Below are positions 1 to 12,980 of a stretch of DNA of 64,000 nt, in pieces. Under the pieces are notes generated by a model that was given only the letters and a program-made list of their open reading frames with translations, was not told where the DNA came from and ran no database searches. Origin of the DNA: Macrostomum lignano (taxonomy: Eukaryota); the NCBI GenBank assembly GCA_002269645.1, contig NIVC01000342.1, positions 307,090 to 371,089 of the forward strand, given 5' to 3'. Position numbers and translations under genes: made by a program. Every line of letters begins with the position of its first letter. Positions within the stretch are counted from its first letter, which is position 1.

Positions 1-1207
1 GCCCAGACGCCGGTAGTCGCCGTCTGTGAGGCAGATCTCGCTGGGATCGAGGCAGCCGGGTGCCAACGGCTGAGCAGCTGGCGACTCGTCCAGCTGTGGA
101 GCTTCGTCGAACTGGTCAGCGGCAGCGGGCTTGGACGGCCTCTGCGAGTCTCGCTGCTGTTCAGCTGGCTGAAGCAGCGACCGGAGCAGCTGTTGATTCT
201 CGTAGAACGACGGGCCGATGTGAGCGTCGGTCAGGAGGCGCCAGTCCTCCGGCTGCAGTCGGCGCAGTGATTTATTCTTGCGAGTCGGCTTCAACTGAAC
301 AGCGGAGATTCGCTCCCCAGTTGACAATAAAGATCGTTTTAATTTCTCGCGCCGGACAATCAGATAGCAGAGATTGCGCACGCGTTCCATGTCGTGGCGC
401 AGGCACACGAACATCTGGGCTCGCTCCTGCAGCCGGCGCTCCTCCGTGTTCACCGGCCGCAGAGACTGGTCGTCTGGCTGCTCCATCAGTGGCCGGCATC
501 CGTTGGCCTGTTGGTTAGCAAAAAAGCAACGGTTTAAACTGAGCCACAGGACACTCACTGGCAGGTTAATTGTAAACGAGTACTGAAAGCACCTACCGTT
601 CTCTTCAGCTTCCAGTAGTCCAGCAGAAGCGACAGGGCGAGCGCGTCAACCTTGACGGGAGCCATCTTAGCGATGAGCTCCTCTTTGCTGAACAGGGTGT
701 AGAAATTCGCCTCCAGCTCTTTCAACCTGCGGGAGGTGTGGCTTGACTTTTAATCTTATTGTCTCGACTCGACTCGAGAAATGAGTTTGTCTGTTTGTCT
801 GTGTCAGTCTGTCTCTCTGTCATAGTGTCTTAGTGTCTGCCTGTCTCTCTGTCTTAGTGTCTGAGTGTCTCTGTCTTAGTGTCTTAGTGTCTCTGTCTTA
901 GTGTCTTAGTGTCTGTATGTCTCTCTGTCTTATTGTCTGTATGTCTCTCTGTCTTAGTGTCTGTATGTCTCTCTGTCTTATTGTCTGTATGTCTCTCTGT
1001 CTTAGTGTCTGTATGTCTCTCTGTCTTATTGTCTGTATGTCTCTCTGTCTTAGTGTCTGTATGTCTCTCTGTCTTATTGTCTGTATGTCTCTCTGTCTTA
1101 GTGTCTGTATGTCTCTCTGTCTTAGTGTCTGTATGTCTCTCTGTCTTAGTGTCTGTATGTCTCTCTGTCTTATTGTCTGAGTGTCTCTGTCTTAGTGTCT
1201 TAGTGAC

Positions 1208-1280
<73 letters not shown>

Positions 1281-4200
1281 TAGTGTCTCTTTGTCTGTCT
1301 GCCTGTCTGTTTTTCCGTTCTTAAATATTTCCAAACAAATCTATCTAAAATCAATTATTAACAATCTACCAAGTCCCTATTTGTAAATCAAATTGTCCAA
1401 AAACCTTACAGCTGATTTCGCTGATTCTCCTGACCGTCCGGATCGTCGCCAGGATCAGCAGCGGTGGCGGCGGCTCTCACAGCAGCTGCCAGAGGGTCAT
1501 CTTCAACCTGAGCCTCCTTGGCTTCCGAATCCGGCCGAGGCTGCAGCTCGGACTCGAAGCCACCATCCTCGCTAGGCAGCTCGGGTTTCAGCTCAGCAGC
1601 GCCATCTCCGTCAGGAGTCTCAGATTTGACCGCAGTCGACGAATCGATGGCATCTTCAAACATGACGTCTTCATCAAGCCGCGGCCGCTTCGCATCCAGC
1701 AGCGAATCCTGGCTGGCGTCCGGGTCCGCCTCCGCTTCCGCGTCTTCGTCCGCGACTTCCGCCGCAAGCTTTGCCCGGGCGGCTGATGGCGGCCGGCCTC
1801 GCTTCCGACCGCGGCCCCGGCCTCGGCCAGCCCCGGCTGCGCCGCCAGCACCACCGCCGCCGCCTCCGCTGACGCCTTTGTACTTCGGCCTGGCTTTGGT
1901 AGGCGAGCTGTGCGGAGTGACGCCCGTCTGCCTGAACTTGTCACCGTGCCGCTCGCAGTAGGCCAGGTTGCGGACGTCACCGCCTGATAACACCTGAGTT
2001 ACGGCGGCAGGGATGTAGAGCTTGGTTGCTGAGTGCTTGGGATAAAAGCTGGCTATGGGATAACTGACTTGGGATTTGGCTATGGGATAACTGATTTTGG
2101 ATTTGGTTATGAGATAACTGATTTTGGATTTGGCTATAGGTTAACTGATTTGGGATATATTTGTCAATGGGATATCTAGTTTGGAATCAAGCAAGAGCAC
2201 AATCGGGATAAAAGCGCAGCAACTGTTCACCTGTCTCATGACCAGCTTGTGCCTGAAAGCGCAGGTAACGTGAAAAGCCACTTTGCACTGCTTCACGCAG
2301 CACTGAATGCAGGCACCGACTTTCTCGCGGCACAGCCGGCACACCAGATTCCATCTGCCAGTTGGAATCTCATTCAGCCTAGTGATTGGCTCCATTCGCT
2401 CAGGATCGGCAAATCCAACCTCTGGGATCCACAGGGCGCAGGACACGTGACACCAGGTGGCGCCGTCTCTCGTAGATTTCATAGCGCCGCCGCTGCTTGA
2501 GCACAGGGCGCAGATTGGTCGGACGCCCAGGCTGCAGGGCCGGCACAGCCAGCTGCCGCTGGGCACCGAGGCCACACCGTAGCAGGCCTGGTGCACCGGG
2601 GTGTCGCAACCGTCGCAGAACAGAATCTCGTTGTCCTCTTCGACTTCGAGCGACTGGCAGACACTACAAGGCACCGTGGTGTCGTACTCGATGCCCAGGC
2701 CGGCCACGGTGCGGAGACGGTCCAGCATGCGCTCGTGCGCCAGTGACTCCGCGGCGGTGAACACGGCTTCCAGACTGTCCAGCGACACCGAAGCCGAGCC
2801 GGACGTCGCGTCGATCCAGCGTCGGTCGAGCTCGTCGGAGCAGTAGAGCCGGCACCGGGGCTCCGGTTCCCCTGGTCGAATAGCGACAGGCCCGGTGGAG
2901 GTCTCCTGGGTGTCCGGGTCAAACGTGTAGTCGTCAAGGCTGGTGAGCAACTTCTTCGGCAGGCGCCACTTAGGCGTCGGCGTCAATTCGACGTCCACGC
3001 TGTCGCATTCGACTAAGCAGTCGTCGGCATCCAGATAGCGGACAGACGGCTTTGGTTGCTCCTGCCTGGCGAGGACGGGCACCTGAACTCCGCGCTGCCA
3101 TTCGTGACGCCAGGGATCTGACACCTGGGGATCGAGGCCGGATACTATGCACTTCTGTGTTTTAGGGATAGCTAGGAGTGGGATGGCCGCTTTGTGGGGT
3201 AGCTAGGAGTGGGATGGCCGCTTTGTGGGGTAGCTAGGAGTGGGATGGCCGCTTTGTGGGGTAGCTAGGAGTGGGATGGCCGCTTTGTGGGGTAGCTAGG
3301 AGTGGGATGGCCGCTTTGTAGGGTAGCTAGGAGTGGGATGGCCGCTTTGTGGGGTAGCTAGGAGTGGGATGGCCGCTTTGTGGGGTAGCTAGGAGTGGGA
3401 TGGCCGCTTTGTGGGGTAGCTAGGAGTGGGATGGCCGCTTTGTGGGGTAGCTAGGAGTGGGATGGCCGCTTTGTAGGGTAGCTAGGAGTGGGATGGCCGC
3501 TTTGTGGGGTAGCTAGGAGTGGGATGGCCGCTTTGTGGGGTAGCTAGGAGTGGGATGGCCGCTTTGTGGGGTAGCTAGGAGTGGGATGGCCGCTTTGTAG
3601 GGTAGCTAGGAGTGGGATGGCCGCTTTGTGGGGTAGCTAGGAGTGGGATGGCCGCTTTGTGGGGTAGCTAGGAGTGGGATGGCCGCTTTGTGGGGTAGCT
3701 AGGAGTGGGATGGCCGCTTTGTGGGGTAGCTAGGAGTGGGATGGCCGCTTTGTGGGGTAGCTAGGAGTGGGATGGCCGCTTTGTGGGGTAGCTAGGAGTG
3801 GGATGGCCGCTTTGTAGGGTAGCTAGGAGTGGGATGGCCGCTTTGTGGGGTAGCTAGGAGTGGGATGGCCGCTTTGTGGGGTAGCTAGGAGTGGGATGGC
3901 CGCTTTGTGGGGTAGCTAGGAGTGGGATGGCCGCTTTGTGGGGTAGCTAGGAGTGGGATGGCCGCTTTGTGGGATAGCTAAGAGTGGGATGGCCGCTTTG
4001 TGGGGTAGCTAGGAGTGGGATGGCCGCTTTGTAGGGTAGCTAGGAGTGGAATGGCCGCTTTGTAGGGTAGCTAGGAGTGGGATGGCCGCTTTGTGGGGTA
4101 GCTAGGAGTGGAATGGCCGCTTTGTAGGGTAGCTAGGAGTGGGATGGCCGCTTTGTGGGGTAGCTAGGAGTGGGATGGCCGCTTTGTGGGGTAGCTAGGA

Positions 4201-4796
4201 GTGGGATGGCCGCTTTGTGGGATAGCTAGGAGTGGGATGGCCGCTTTGTAGGGTAGCTAGGAGTGGGATGGCCGCTTTGTGGGGTAGCTAGGAGTGGGAT
4301 GGCCGCTTTGTGGGGTAGCTAGGAGTGGGATGGCCGCTTTGTGGGATAGCTAGGAGTGGGATGGCCGCTTTGTGGGATAGCTGCTTGGTGGGGTAGCTTG
4401 GAGTGGGGTAGCTAGGAGTTCTTTGTGGGGTAGCTAGGAGTGGGATGGCCGCTTTTCAAGGTGGCTTGACTAGAAATAAGATAGTAGCCTTAATATTAGT
4501 GCTTAAAAACAAGAAATGATTGTGGGACTCTGCCCAAGTCTTCATCCAGGTACAGTAAGGGGTGGCCACAATACATCATATTCATTAGTAAAACAAACCT
4601 TTAACGGCCGCTTAGTAGGCAGCTGCTCAATGTCGGCCACCTTCATCCGGCTCACGTAAGCTGCATCGAAGCATTCCGCCACCGAGGATTGGCTCTCAGT
4701 GTCGAATTCGCGCCAACGGCGCAGGCGCGCCTGCCATAAAGCCAGTTGGCGCTCCCCGCTAGCGCCAGTTGGACTGCCTCTGGCGTTATTGTTCAT
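1..4796 (-). CDS. JADE: JADE/PHF15-17 (Rhinoceros-like) PZP-domain chromatin scaffold; 5 exons, 3' end runs off the window
   Basis: Exons 4796-4599, 3124-2231, 1993-1410, 726-597, 507-<1, all GT-AG and in frame. PHD1 [31 protein letters not shown]; Zn-knuckle/PHD2 [37 protein letters not shown]...AFHVTCAF...YCERH; C-terminal LKELEANFY...[16 protein letters not shown] and [26 protein letters not shown], all typical of JADE. Confidence 0.92.
787..1300. repeat. GTCT microsatellite plus 24-bp minisatellite (GTCTGTATGTCTCTCTGTCTTA(T/G)T) in JADE intron 3
   Basis: Tandem periodicity read directly; produces spurious SVCL ORFs. Confidence 0.95.
2048..2158. repeat. ~27-bp degenerate tandem repeat (~4 copies) in JADE intron 2
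   Basis: GGCTATGGGATAACTGA(C/T)TT(G/T)GGATTT units. Confidence 0.8.
3170..4450. repeat. 31-bp G-rich minisatellite (~40 copies) filling JADE intron 1
   Basis: Unit GCTAGGAGTGGGATGGCCGCTTTGTGGGGTA, highly homogeneous. Confidence 0.97.
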
Positions 4797-5503
4797 TTTT
4801 TAAATTACTTGAACAGAAACCTCACTTATGCTACTATTAAGTAGTTTAACCAGCTACAGCCCTGTTGATAATTCAAAAAAGTGATTAGAAATTCCGCCGC
4901 GAAGCTACGAAAATCCGGCAGCGGTCAAACGAAGACATCTCAATCAGGAATGGGATTAAAATGAAAGCTAGAAATTGAAAAAATTTAACTTTCTACTTAT
5001 TAAAGTAGTGTGGTTAGCAAAGTTGTGGCACTAATTTTAAATGCAATAAAAATAAACAAACCAATTGTTCAAACAATCTAAGAAAAGAGGCAATTATCTC
5101 TTCCCACAGAAGTTATGAATTGTATTTTGTTTCAAATACAAAAGCAAACACGGGGAAAAAGCACACATTGCAACGCAAACAAATAACATACAAAGCAAGC
5201 CGTACAAATGGCATTTAAGCGAGATGGCAGATTTTCGCTTACATAATTTTAGTTAATTTTTATTTTATACAGAATTAGTAACGAACACAAATGCCAGACT
5301 GACTCTGATATCATATAGACACCCCACGAATATTAGTAGCTGAACTAGACATTACTCAATCATAGCAACCCGCATTTTTTAGTAGACCATCAAAGCTAAA
5401 AATATACTATACTATATACTAAAGTTACACAGAATGGTAAAATTTGCCCAACATCATATGGTCTCCACCCGATGGAGATTAAATAACGCTTTCCCAAGGC
5501 TGT

Positions 5504-5974
5504 TTAAGCCTGAGCCCCGCGACTACTGTTGCCATGGTAGCCGCCTCTGCCTCCGCCTCCGCCGCCGCCACGGCCCCCGACACCGCCGCCTCCCCGAGGG
5601 CCGCCGGCAGCTCCGCGTCCGCCGCCGCCGCCGCCGCCACCGCCTCGTCCGCCGCCGAGTTTGCCGCCGCCGCGGCCGCGTCCGCCGCCGCCGTCCGCAT
5701 TGCGATTCTGATTGCGAACCTTGGTCTGCTCCTCCTTCACTAAGTCGACAACTTCGTCGGGTATGCGCAGGTATTTAATAGTTGAGCCGCGAATGTAACA
5801 CTCGGGCACCTTCCAGAACCGGTCGCCGTCTCTAGAGGTGCAAATCACCTCGCGCAGGTTGAGATTCATCCAGTGATCGCAGCTCACCAGATGCCCATTG
5901 TAGGTTTCGCCATTTTTTAACTCCACCAGCATTGGGTGGTTCACGGCCGCCATTAGCAGGTTGTGCGGCAGCAT
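5504..5974 (-). CDS. LSM4: U6 snRNA-associated Sm-like protein LSm4, intronless, 156 aa
   Basis: [82 protein letters not shown] followed by an RG/G-rich tail; ATG at 5974-5972. Confidence 0.97.
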   Translation of the reverse strand: MLPHNLLMAAVNHPMLVELKNGETYNGHLVSCDHWMNLNLREVICTSRDGDRFWKVPECYIRGSTIKYLRIPDEVVDLVKEEQTKVRNQNRNADGGGGRGRGGGKLGGGRGGGGGGGGGRGAAGGPRGGGGVGGRGGGGGGGRGGYHGNSSRGAQA

Positions 5975-6120
5975 GGCAACGGTTGATGAAGGCACGTGTA
6001 TACACAGCTGGCTGCCGAATAGAGTGGCGACTAGCTAGGCATAAAAAGTCCGCAGGGTTAATGGGATACTACTTGAAGTAGAATGCAGTTACTATCATAG
6101 TTTTTTTATTCTATAATATA

Positions 6121-6314
6121 GGGGGGTCGCCACACACACCCTCAATCACCTCAGCTAATGCTTTAACCACCATTTTACAGCCGGGTGAACTGACGCAATG
6201 CAGAGTTTTCAAGTGTCTTGCTCAAGGACACAAATTGTTCCCAGTGGGATCGGGAATCGAACCCCCGACCTTTCAGTCGTGAGTCCGACCCTTTAACCAC
6301 TAGGCTACAACCCC
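6121..6314 (-). mobile_element. tRNA-derived SINE with CORE-like central domain (copy 1 of 4)
   Basis: Reverse strand: A box TAGCCTAGTGG, B box GGTTCGATTCC, then TGTGTCCTTGAGCAAGACACTT...CTGTAAAATGG; matches copies at 47.2, 51.1 and 58.1 kb. Confidence 0.85.
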
Positions 6315-6903
6315 GGCCTACTCTTGCTAGGTTACTACTCCTAAACTATTAATTGATAATACCGCTTGAAAATTAGACTGACAGAATTCCCTTTGCCCCT
6401 GACTACTGTGGATTTGAGAAATTCCCCTTTGTCTCTAACTAATATTTATCTGAGAAATTCCCCTGACTAAAACCTGACCTGAATACCTGGATAAACTTTT
6501 CCCTCTGTTCCTGTCTGTAAACCCGTACTATACTACCGGGGTAAGTCAAATATAGCAAAATCTTACACTCTCTGAAGTTCAAATTCAAATTCAAATATAA
6601 TAATTAAAGCAACACTTTCGCATAATTTTACAACATTACAAGTAAGTAAAAATGCGATATGTACTATTATTATTGCAAGGCATTATGAAACGATAAATAT
6701 AAGTTTTTTAGCCGCAAGCAATGGGAAAGACAAACAAGTGCAGTTGAACAGGCTGAAACCTCTAAGCGTTTGTTAGTTTTGTTTTGGGGAATAAATGCAG
6801 GATTTTGATTGGTTGCTTGCCTTTTGTCTGTCTATGTCTATGGGCAAGACTAAATCTACTGCTGCCAAATGGGAATTCTAAACTTGCCTGACAAAAGCAA
6901 TAT

Positions 6904-7305
6904 AAGATATTCGACGATTCTGTCAGAAGGTCGGATTTTTCCCGTATAAGCGCTGGTGTGTTCAGTACAGCCCTGAGCGACAATCAGCACTGCGCCTCAG
7001 TGCAGCCTTGCCAAGCCTCCAAATTTCATCAGCACGTCCGATCACATGTGTCTGCATCAGCTCTGAATACATTGGTCACTGGCCTTCACCCAGGCGGAGC
7101 TTCTGGACCTTCAACAAGGTGGCACCAGGTGACCATGGACACCCCCTGTAGCGAATATTTCTCTAGTTTTGCTGATCAAGCCTCGACAGTGGGCAAGCCT
7201 CAACTGCTGGACATCCTCAGCTGGTCTCTCAAGCATTCAGTCAAACACCTTCAATTAGCGCTTATGAAAAACATCCGACCTTCTGGCAGAATTGTTGAAC
7301 ATCTT
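6904..7305. repeat. Imperfect ~50-bp inverted repeat pair (6904-6954 / 7257-7305), possible degenerate MITE
   Basis: AAGATATTCGACGATTCTGTCAGAAGGTCGGAT...ATAAGCGCT versus the reverse complement AAGATGTTCAACAATTCTGCCAGAAGGTCGGAT...ATAAGCGCT. Confidence 0.65.
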
Positions 7306-7591
7306 GGCGACTTGGCTCTTTTTGAGAATTTCGTGTGCCTGCGTTGCTTTGTCTTGGCGCACAAAAAAGGTCTACTGTTAATCCGCATCTTCCGCATCCT
7401 CATATATACCGTGGCGAAGATGGAATTTGCTATCAGGCATCAAGGAAAGTGTCATCGAGGGGTCGTAGTATAATCTTGCTCTCGAAGGGGCCTAATGTTC
7501 TAGTCTATACAACTAAATCGCAATACCTAATACTAACCTGTACTTCAAGAAGCCCAAAGAGAAGCCCAAAGTGAGTTAAACATCCACGCGT

Positions 7592-10500
7592 TTAAAACGA
7601 TTCCCTCAGCAGTTGAGCAGTCATGCGACTTTCAGCCTGCGCTTCGTGCAATCTCTGGCGCAGTTTCTCCATTGCCATGGCTAATTCAGATAGCTGTGGA
7701 GACGGCTTGGGAGGCGGCGGGCGCCAGACGACGTACCGCTGGCAAGACGGCGCTTCCGCCTCCGCCCTAGCTGGCGATTCCTGCAGCAGCCATTGCTGAT
7801 AGAAATGCTCTGGCAAGAAGTCGTCAACGTCTAGTCGGGCTAGTTCGGCACGGACAGGCGCCGTCGAACCGGCCGGAGTTCGCTGCCAGATGTCGGCGGA
7901 CAGGCGGGCAGACAGGCGACGATCGGCCAGGCGGGCGGCCAGACGGGCCCAGGGAAACCGATTGACTGGCCGGTTGGCCGACAGCGCGGCGGCAGCTCCG
8001 GCCAGCGGACAGGCGGGCGGATAGGCGGACAGAAGCCAGGCGATGGCTTCTTGATTGACGCGCCAGGCGGAGGTCGCGCAAGCAGGCGGCGGCGGGAGCG
8101 GCGCATCTGGCAGGCGCAGTTCGGCAACGGCGGCAGGAGAGGCCAGCGGGCCCAGAGCCACAATGCAGGCATTGTATAATTGAATCAAACAGCGCAGAGG
8201 AGGCTGCGGCTGACCGGCGGCATCGCAGCGCTCGGCTAGGCTGGCCAGCGGGCGGAAATAAGCATCCAATAGAAGCGATTCAACAGCGCTAGCCAGGTTA
8301 GGCGCCGTGGAGTGTCGCGGCCTGTAGGGCGGCAGAGTGGGCTGGTCCAGCAGCCAGCGAAGGCCCAGCAGGAGATCCCGATGCCAGATAGGCGTGGGCC
8401 GGCCGCCCAGCAGGCGCAGTCGAACAGTTCCAACGGTTGCTACGCGGTTGGAATTCGACTCAGGAGTGCAGGCGAAGCCCAGAGTGGGCAGGTGTAGCAG
8501 AGCCAGATGAGCTTCCGAGCCGAGAACTGACACGTCAGCAATGCAGTGCGTAGCCGCCGCAGCTTCGGCAGCTTCAGACGTGTCAGCAACTAGCGCTGGC
8601 GCCAACTTCAGCCGGAGCCAACTAGCAGCGGCGGCGGGACAGTTAGGGGACAGCAGAAGCGCCAGTCGGCAAGTGTCCGGCAGGGGAATCGGCCGAGAGA
8701 CAGCGGCAGCTGCGGCCAGGGCGGCAGCGGCGGCTGGCGAAGGATCGGCGGAGGCGCGGGGCAGCCGGGCTACGGACACGTCGGGCGGCTGGCGGCCGTG
8801 CAGGCGGTCCACCAGCTGGAACGGGTCAACTAGCGGAGCGCACGGCGCCATGTCTGACAGGCGGGCGCGCGAGGCCGCTTTGGTTACTGACAGACGGCGC
8901 CAGGAGTCCCAGACTAGGCGAAGCCGCCGATTGCGATGCTCAAGAATGAGACTGGAATCCAGACTGCACCGGGTGGACTTTTCGGCAACGAACTGGCGAC
9001 AGGCGAGTTCAGATTCTTCAAATATCAGCGCGTCAAAGATTACAGTGTCCAGCGACTCAACTAGACTGCGGTCCAGCAGTTCTTGGCTTTCCCGACGAAT
9101 AGCTTCATGAATAACTTCGCCAATCAGACAGTCAGCCACGTCGCTAATAGCGGTCGTATTAGAGCGAGTTTCGGCCAGCATTTCCGAAGCAATTTCGGCG
9201 CACAAATCTCTTGTGGCGCCGTTAAAAGTGTCGGCGTAAGCGTCGGCAACGGCGTTAGATAGGGCCCGAGCGCCATCCAATACATCAGCTGCAACGCTGT
9301 GAAGCAGAGGCGGCAGAGCGGAGGTCACGATTTCGTCTGATAAAGAGACGATAAGCTTGTCGTCTAGAACGGGAGGCTGCGGTGTTGGTGCCTTCGACAC
9401 GGCTGTGGGGAACAGCGCTGCCGCAGCCCCAGCAGCAGCAGAAGCTGTCTGTGAGAACAGCGACGTAGACGATGACTGAAAGATGGAGGCCGCTTGGCTA
9501 AAAGGAGCCGCCGATGCTGGCTGAGTAGACGATGTCGACGTCAGAGTCGGGAGAACAGCAGCAGTCAGGGTTTTCGATCGCGGCGGCGGCGGCGGCGGCG
9601 GAGTGGCACCGCGTGACAACGATAGGTCGCCAATGTAGCGACCGCGCTCGTCGAAGCTCACAGACGGTTCGGGCAGTCGCAGTTCGGGCAGCGGGCCGCC
9701 CCAGAGACATTCGCCAACAGACCGGTTGCCGCGTTTGCTCTCCACAACTCGAATCGCGCGAACCGACCGCGACTCGGTCGGATCGAACGCGCTGGCCACG
9801 GCCCGCTCCAGCCAGACGGCCGGCTCATCTACCGACGTCTCGTAGTCGCATTCGAAGCCCATAAATTTGCAGAAACTGGCCGCATCGTCGGCGTCTTCAA
9901 AGCCAAGCGGCAGGCGGCCAAGCGGAAGGCGCAGCCGCTGGCCGGCTGAGGGCGGCGGGCGCAAGGCGTAGCTCATTGTTCGCAAGGCGGCAATGCGGGC
10001 CTGGGTGAAGTAGCGCAACAGCAGGCAGGCGGACAGGAACTCGGCCCGGTGGACGGCGCGAAAGAAAGCAACATAGTTGTTGCTAGACAGCGCGAAGAAG
10101 GCCCGAAGCGCCAGACGAACCTGCGAGTTTGAATGGAGGAAAATACATTAAAAGCATGTCCATCCCGATGAAAACGGTACCTAGGCCAAGAAGCGTCCCA
10201 GAGTCGGTACAGGTAAGGCAGATAAGAAGATAAAAATGAAGTTACTCTAGACGACTCAAAAACGACGAGATGCCAGGGTACAAGTCATCAAAAAGTCAAT
10301 TTGAGGCGTTTCATTGTCTGCAAATTTGAAACGACTCTTTGGGGCGCTTCTTTAATGACTACGGTGGTCGTAGAGTCGTGTCTGAGGCGCGCTAGAGTGG
10401 CTGCAGAATCACTGAGTTGAGTTGAGTTGAGATCACTGAGATCACAGAATCACTCTTACGATTCTGCAGCACTCGGACAGGGTGTACAGCCGCCTGCCTG

Positions 10501-12980
10501 AGAATGACATTAAAGCGCTACACAATTTGCACGAACCTGCGGAGAGGCGCGAACGTCAGCGGACAGCTGATGCACTTCGTCTAGTACATTGGGATCATTG
10601 AGCTTCATGAGGATCATATAGGCTCGGAATTCGCTCTCGTTTGGACACTGGCCAGACAAGTCGCTGTAGAGCTCGCGCAGAGTCTGCAGACACTTAGTCA
10701 GATTTTCATTATTGATTTTCTCATCGAATACGTCGGCTGGCATGCCGACCATGCGGGCGCCGGCGTACACGTGGAATCTGGCGCAGCGTTCGACCAGCTC
10801 GGCTGCGCCGGGGCTGCACAGCCGCTGTTGAGTCACCTCTTTGCGAATAGCGCGAGTTCGATCCCATAGGAATTCGTACCTGTCGGGGCACAGCGGGAGT
10901 AACACAATTAGCTAGTTAGTGTCAGGCTTTGGCGTTTGGGGTTGTAGGCACATTTAGGATCTAACCTTTACCGTATAGTACGAGCGTATATCAACCAGAA
11001 TATGTTCAGCATAAGCATTTAGAGGATACGCATCTAGCAACCAGGATAAGCATCTAGCAACCAGAATAAGCATCTAGCGACCAGGATAAGCATCTAGCGC
11101 AACCAGGATAAGCATCTAGCAACCAGGATAAGCATCTAGCGACCAGGATAAGCATCTAGCGCAACCAGGATAAGCATCTAGCAACCAGGATAAGCATCTA
11201 GCGACCAGGATAAGCATCTAGCGCAACCAGGATAAGCATCTAGCGCAACCAGGATAAGCATCTAGAGCAACAAGGATAAGCATCTAACAACTCAGGTAAG
11301 CATCTATCAACCAGGATAAGCATCTAGCAACCAGGATAAGCATCTAGCAACCAGGATAAGCATCTAGAGCAACAAGGATAAGCATCTAACAACCTAGGTA
11401 AGCATCTATCAACCAGGATAAGCATCTAGCAACTAGGATAAGCATTTATCATTATCATTCACGAGATTAGCACTAGCATCAACAGCTTTAAAAATATTGA
11501 ATGAAATAAACCAAACGCACCATTCCTGCCAGCGCCCCTCTCGATCGCCAATATCAGCAATACAAGTAGACAGATATAGCAGAGTCCTCTGCAGCACAGG
11601 CAAGGGGCGGAGCTCGTGGGGCAGCGGAGCCTCCTGATCAGCAGCGGAGCGCGAGTACTCCTTGACGGCCCTGGCCGGGTCCATCACGCCTGGCCGGCCC
11701 GGCGCCGCCTCGAACGAGTGCACTCGATGCCGATCCTCGCGCAGATAGCGCTCCTTCTCCGGACACATGTCCTGGCAGGTGGCCGACACAGCGGCGCCAG
11801 ATTTGCCCAGCTTGACTCTGAGCTGCCGCTCTACGGATTCCAGCACTCGGATTCGATCTGCCAAGCTCTGCGACGCTGGCAGCGCCAACGAGGAGGCGCT
11901 GATAGTTGGCGCCTGTGCCGGCGCGGACACGGCCGCCGGCGCCGCGGTGGCGCTTCCACCACCGGGCAGGCGACGTCGAAATGCCTCCAAGTTGGGGCAT
12001 CGGATTCGCAGGCGGGCCGACGAGGCCTTTTCCATAGCAGCATCAACGGCGGCTGCGCTGTCAAAGTGTAAAATAGCCTGACATTTGGCGCAGTTAGCGT
12101 ACACCCGGATGACGCCCTTGAATAGGCGACGCAGCGGCTCGTCAGCGTTTAACTCGGCTGGCAGATTGCGCAACACTATAGAAGTGCTGGACTGCTGCGG
12201 CTGCTGCTGAGCAGTCTCGTTGCCGCTTGTTCGCCGACTAATTTTAATCCGCTGACGCAGATCGCCAACAAAATCGGTCTCTTCAGTTCGGTCCTCGTTA
12301 ATCTGGTCAAGCTGCACCCGGTCGGCCGGTCGCTTTATAGCCAGTCGCCTTGGCTCCGCGGCTTGCTTACTGCTGCTGCTGCCGCCACTGCCTTCGCTGG
12401 CGCTGTTTCCATTGCTGTCTTCTGTGTCTTTCTCCGTATCTTCATCTTCATTGTCCTCAGCTTCGTCGCCTTCAGTGGCCGATTTAGCGCTAGAATTATC
12501 CTCTTCGATATCCTGGGCTTCTTCATCATCCTGCCCATCATCGCCATCATTATCGTATTCCTGCTCAGCTTCCTGGTCTTCTCCGCTCTGCATCTGGTTG
12601 CCATCGCTGTCGGTTTCTTCCTCACGATTGGCGCCATCTTGGCCAGGTGGCTGGGCAGATGCGCCGTCAGCTTCCCCTTCATCGCTGTTAGAGTCCGGTT
12701 CGAAGGCAAAACCACTAGCGCCCTGCTGAGCAGTTGAGCTGAACCCGGCAAACAAACCGCCAGAGGAGCCGCCGCCTGCGGCAGAAGAGAACAGGCCTCC
12801 GCCTCCTGTTGATGCAGAGGAAAACAGACTGCCGCCTCCAACTCCAGTGCTGCCTGTTGTTGTTGTTGCTGAAGCAGAAGAGAACAGACTGCCGCCTCCG
12901 CTGCTGCCTGTTGCTGCAACAGTGGAAGAGAACAGACTGCCGCTAGTTCCGCCAAGATTGAACAACCCGCCCGGTTGCAT
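7592..12980 (-). CDS. MCM3AP: GANP / Sac3-family TREX-2 mRNA export scaffold, 3 exons, ~1443 aa
   Basis: Exons 12980-11521, 10879-10537, 10120-7592. N-terminal GLF/SLF nucleoporin-like repeats; RRM-like segment; Sac3/GANP motifs [87 protein letters not shown]. Confidence 0.93.
11020..11425. repeat. 20-22-bp minisatellite in MCM3AP intron 1
   Basis: Unit CAACCAGGATAAGCATCTAG with variants. Confidence 0.95.

Noticed and set aside
6958-7473. 171-aa plus-strand ORF as a protein-coding gene
   Set aside because: No ATG start and no recognisable domain; it overlaps an inverted-repeat element.
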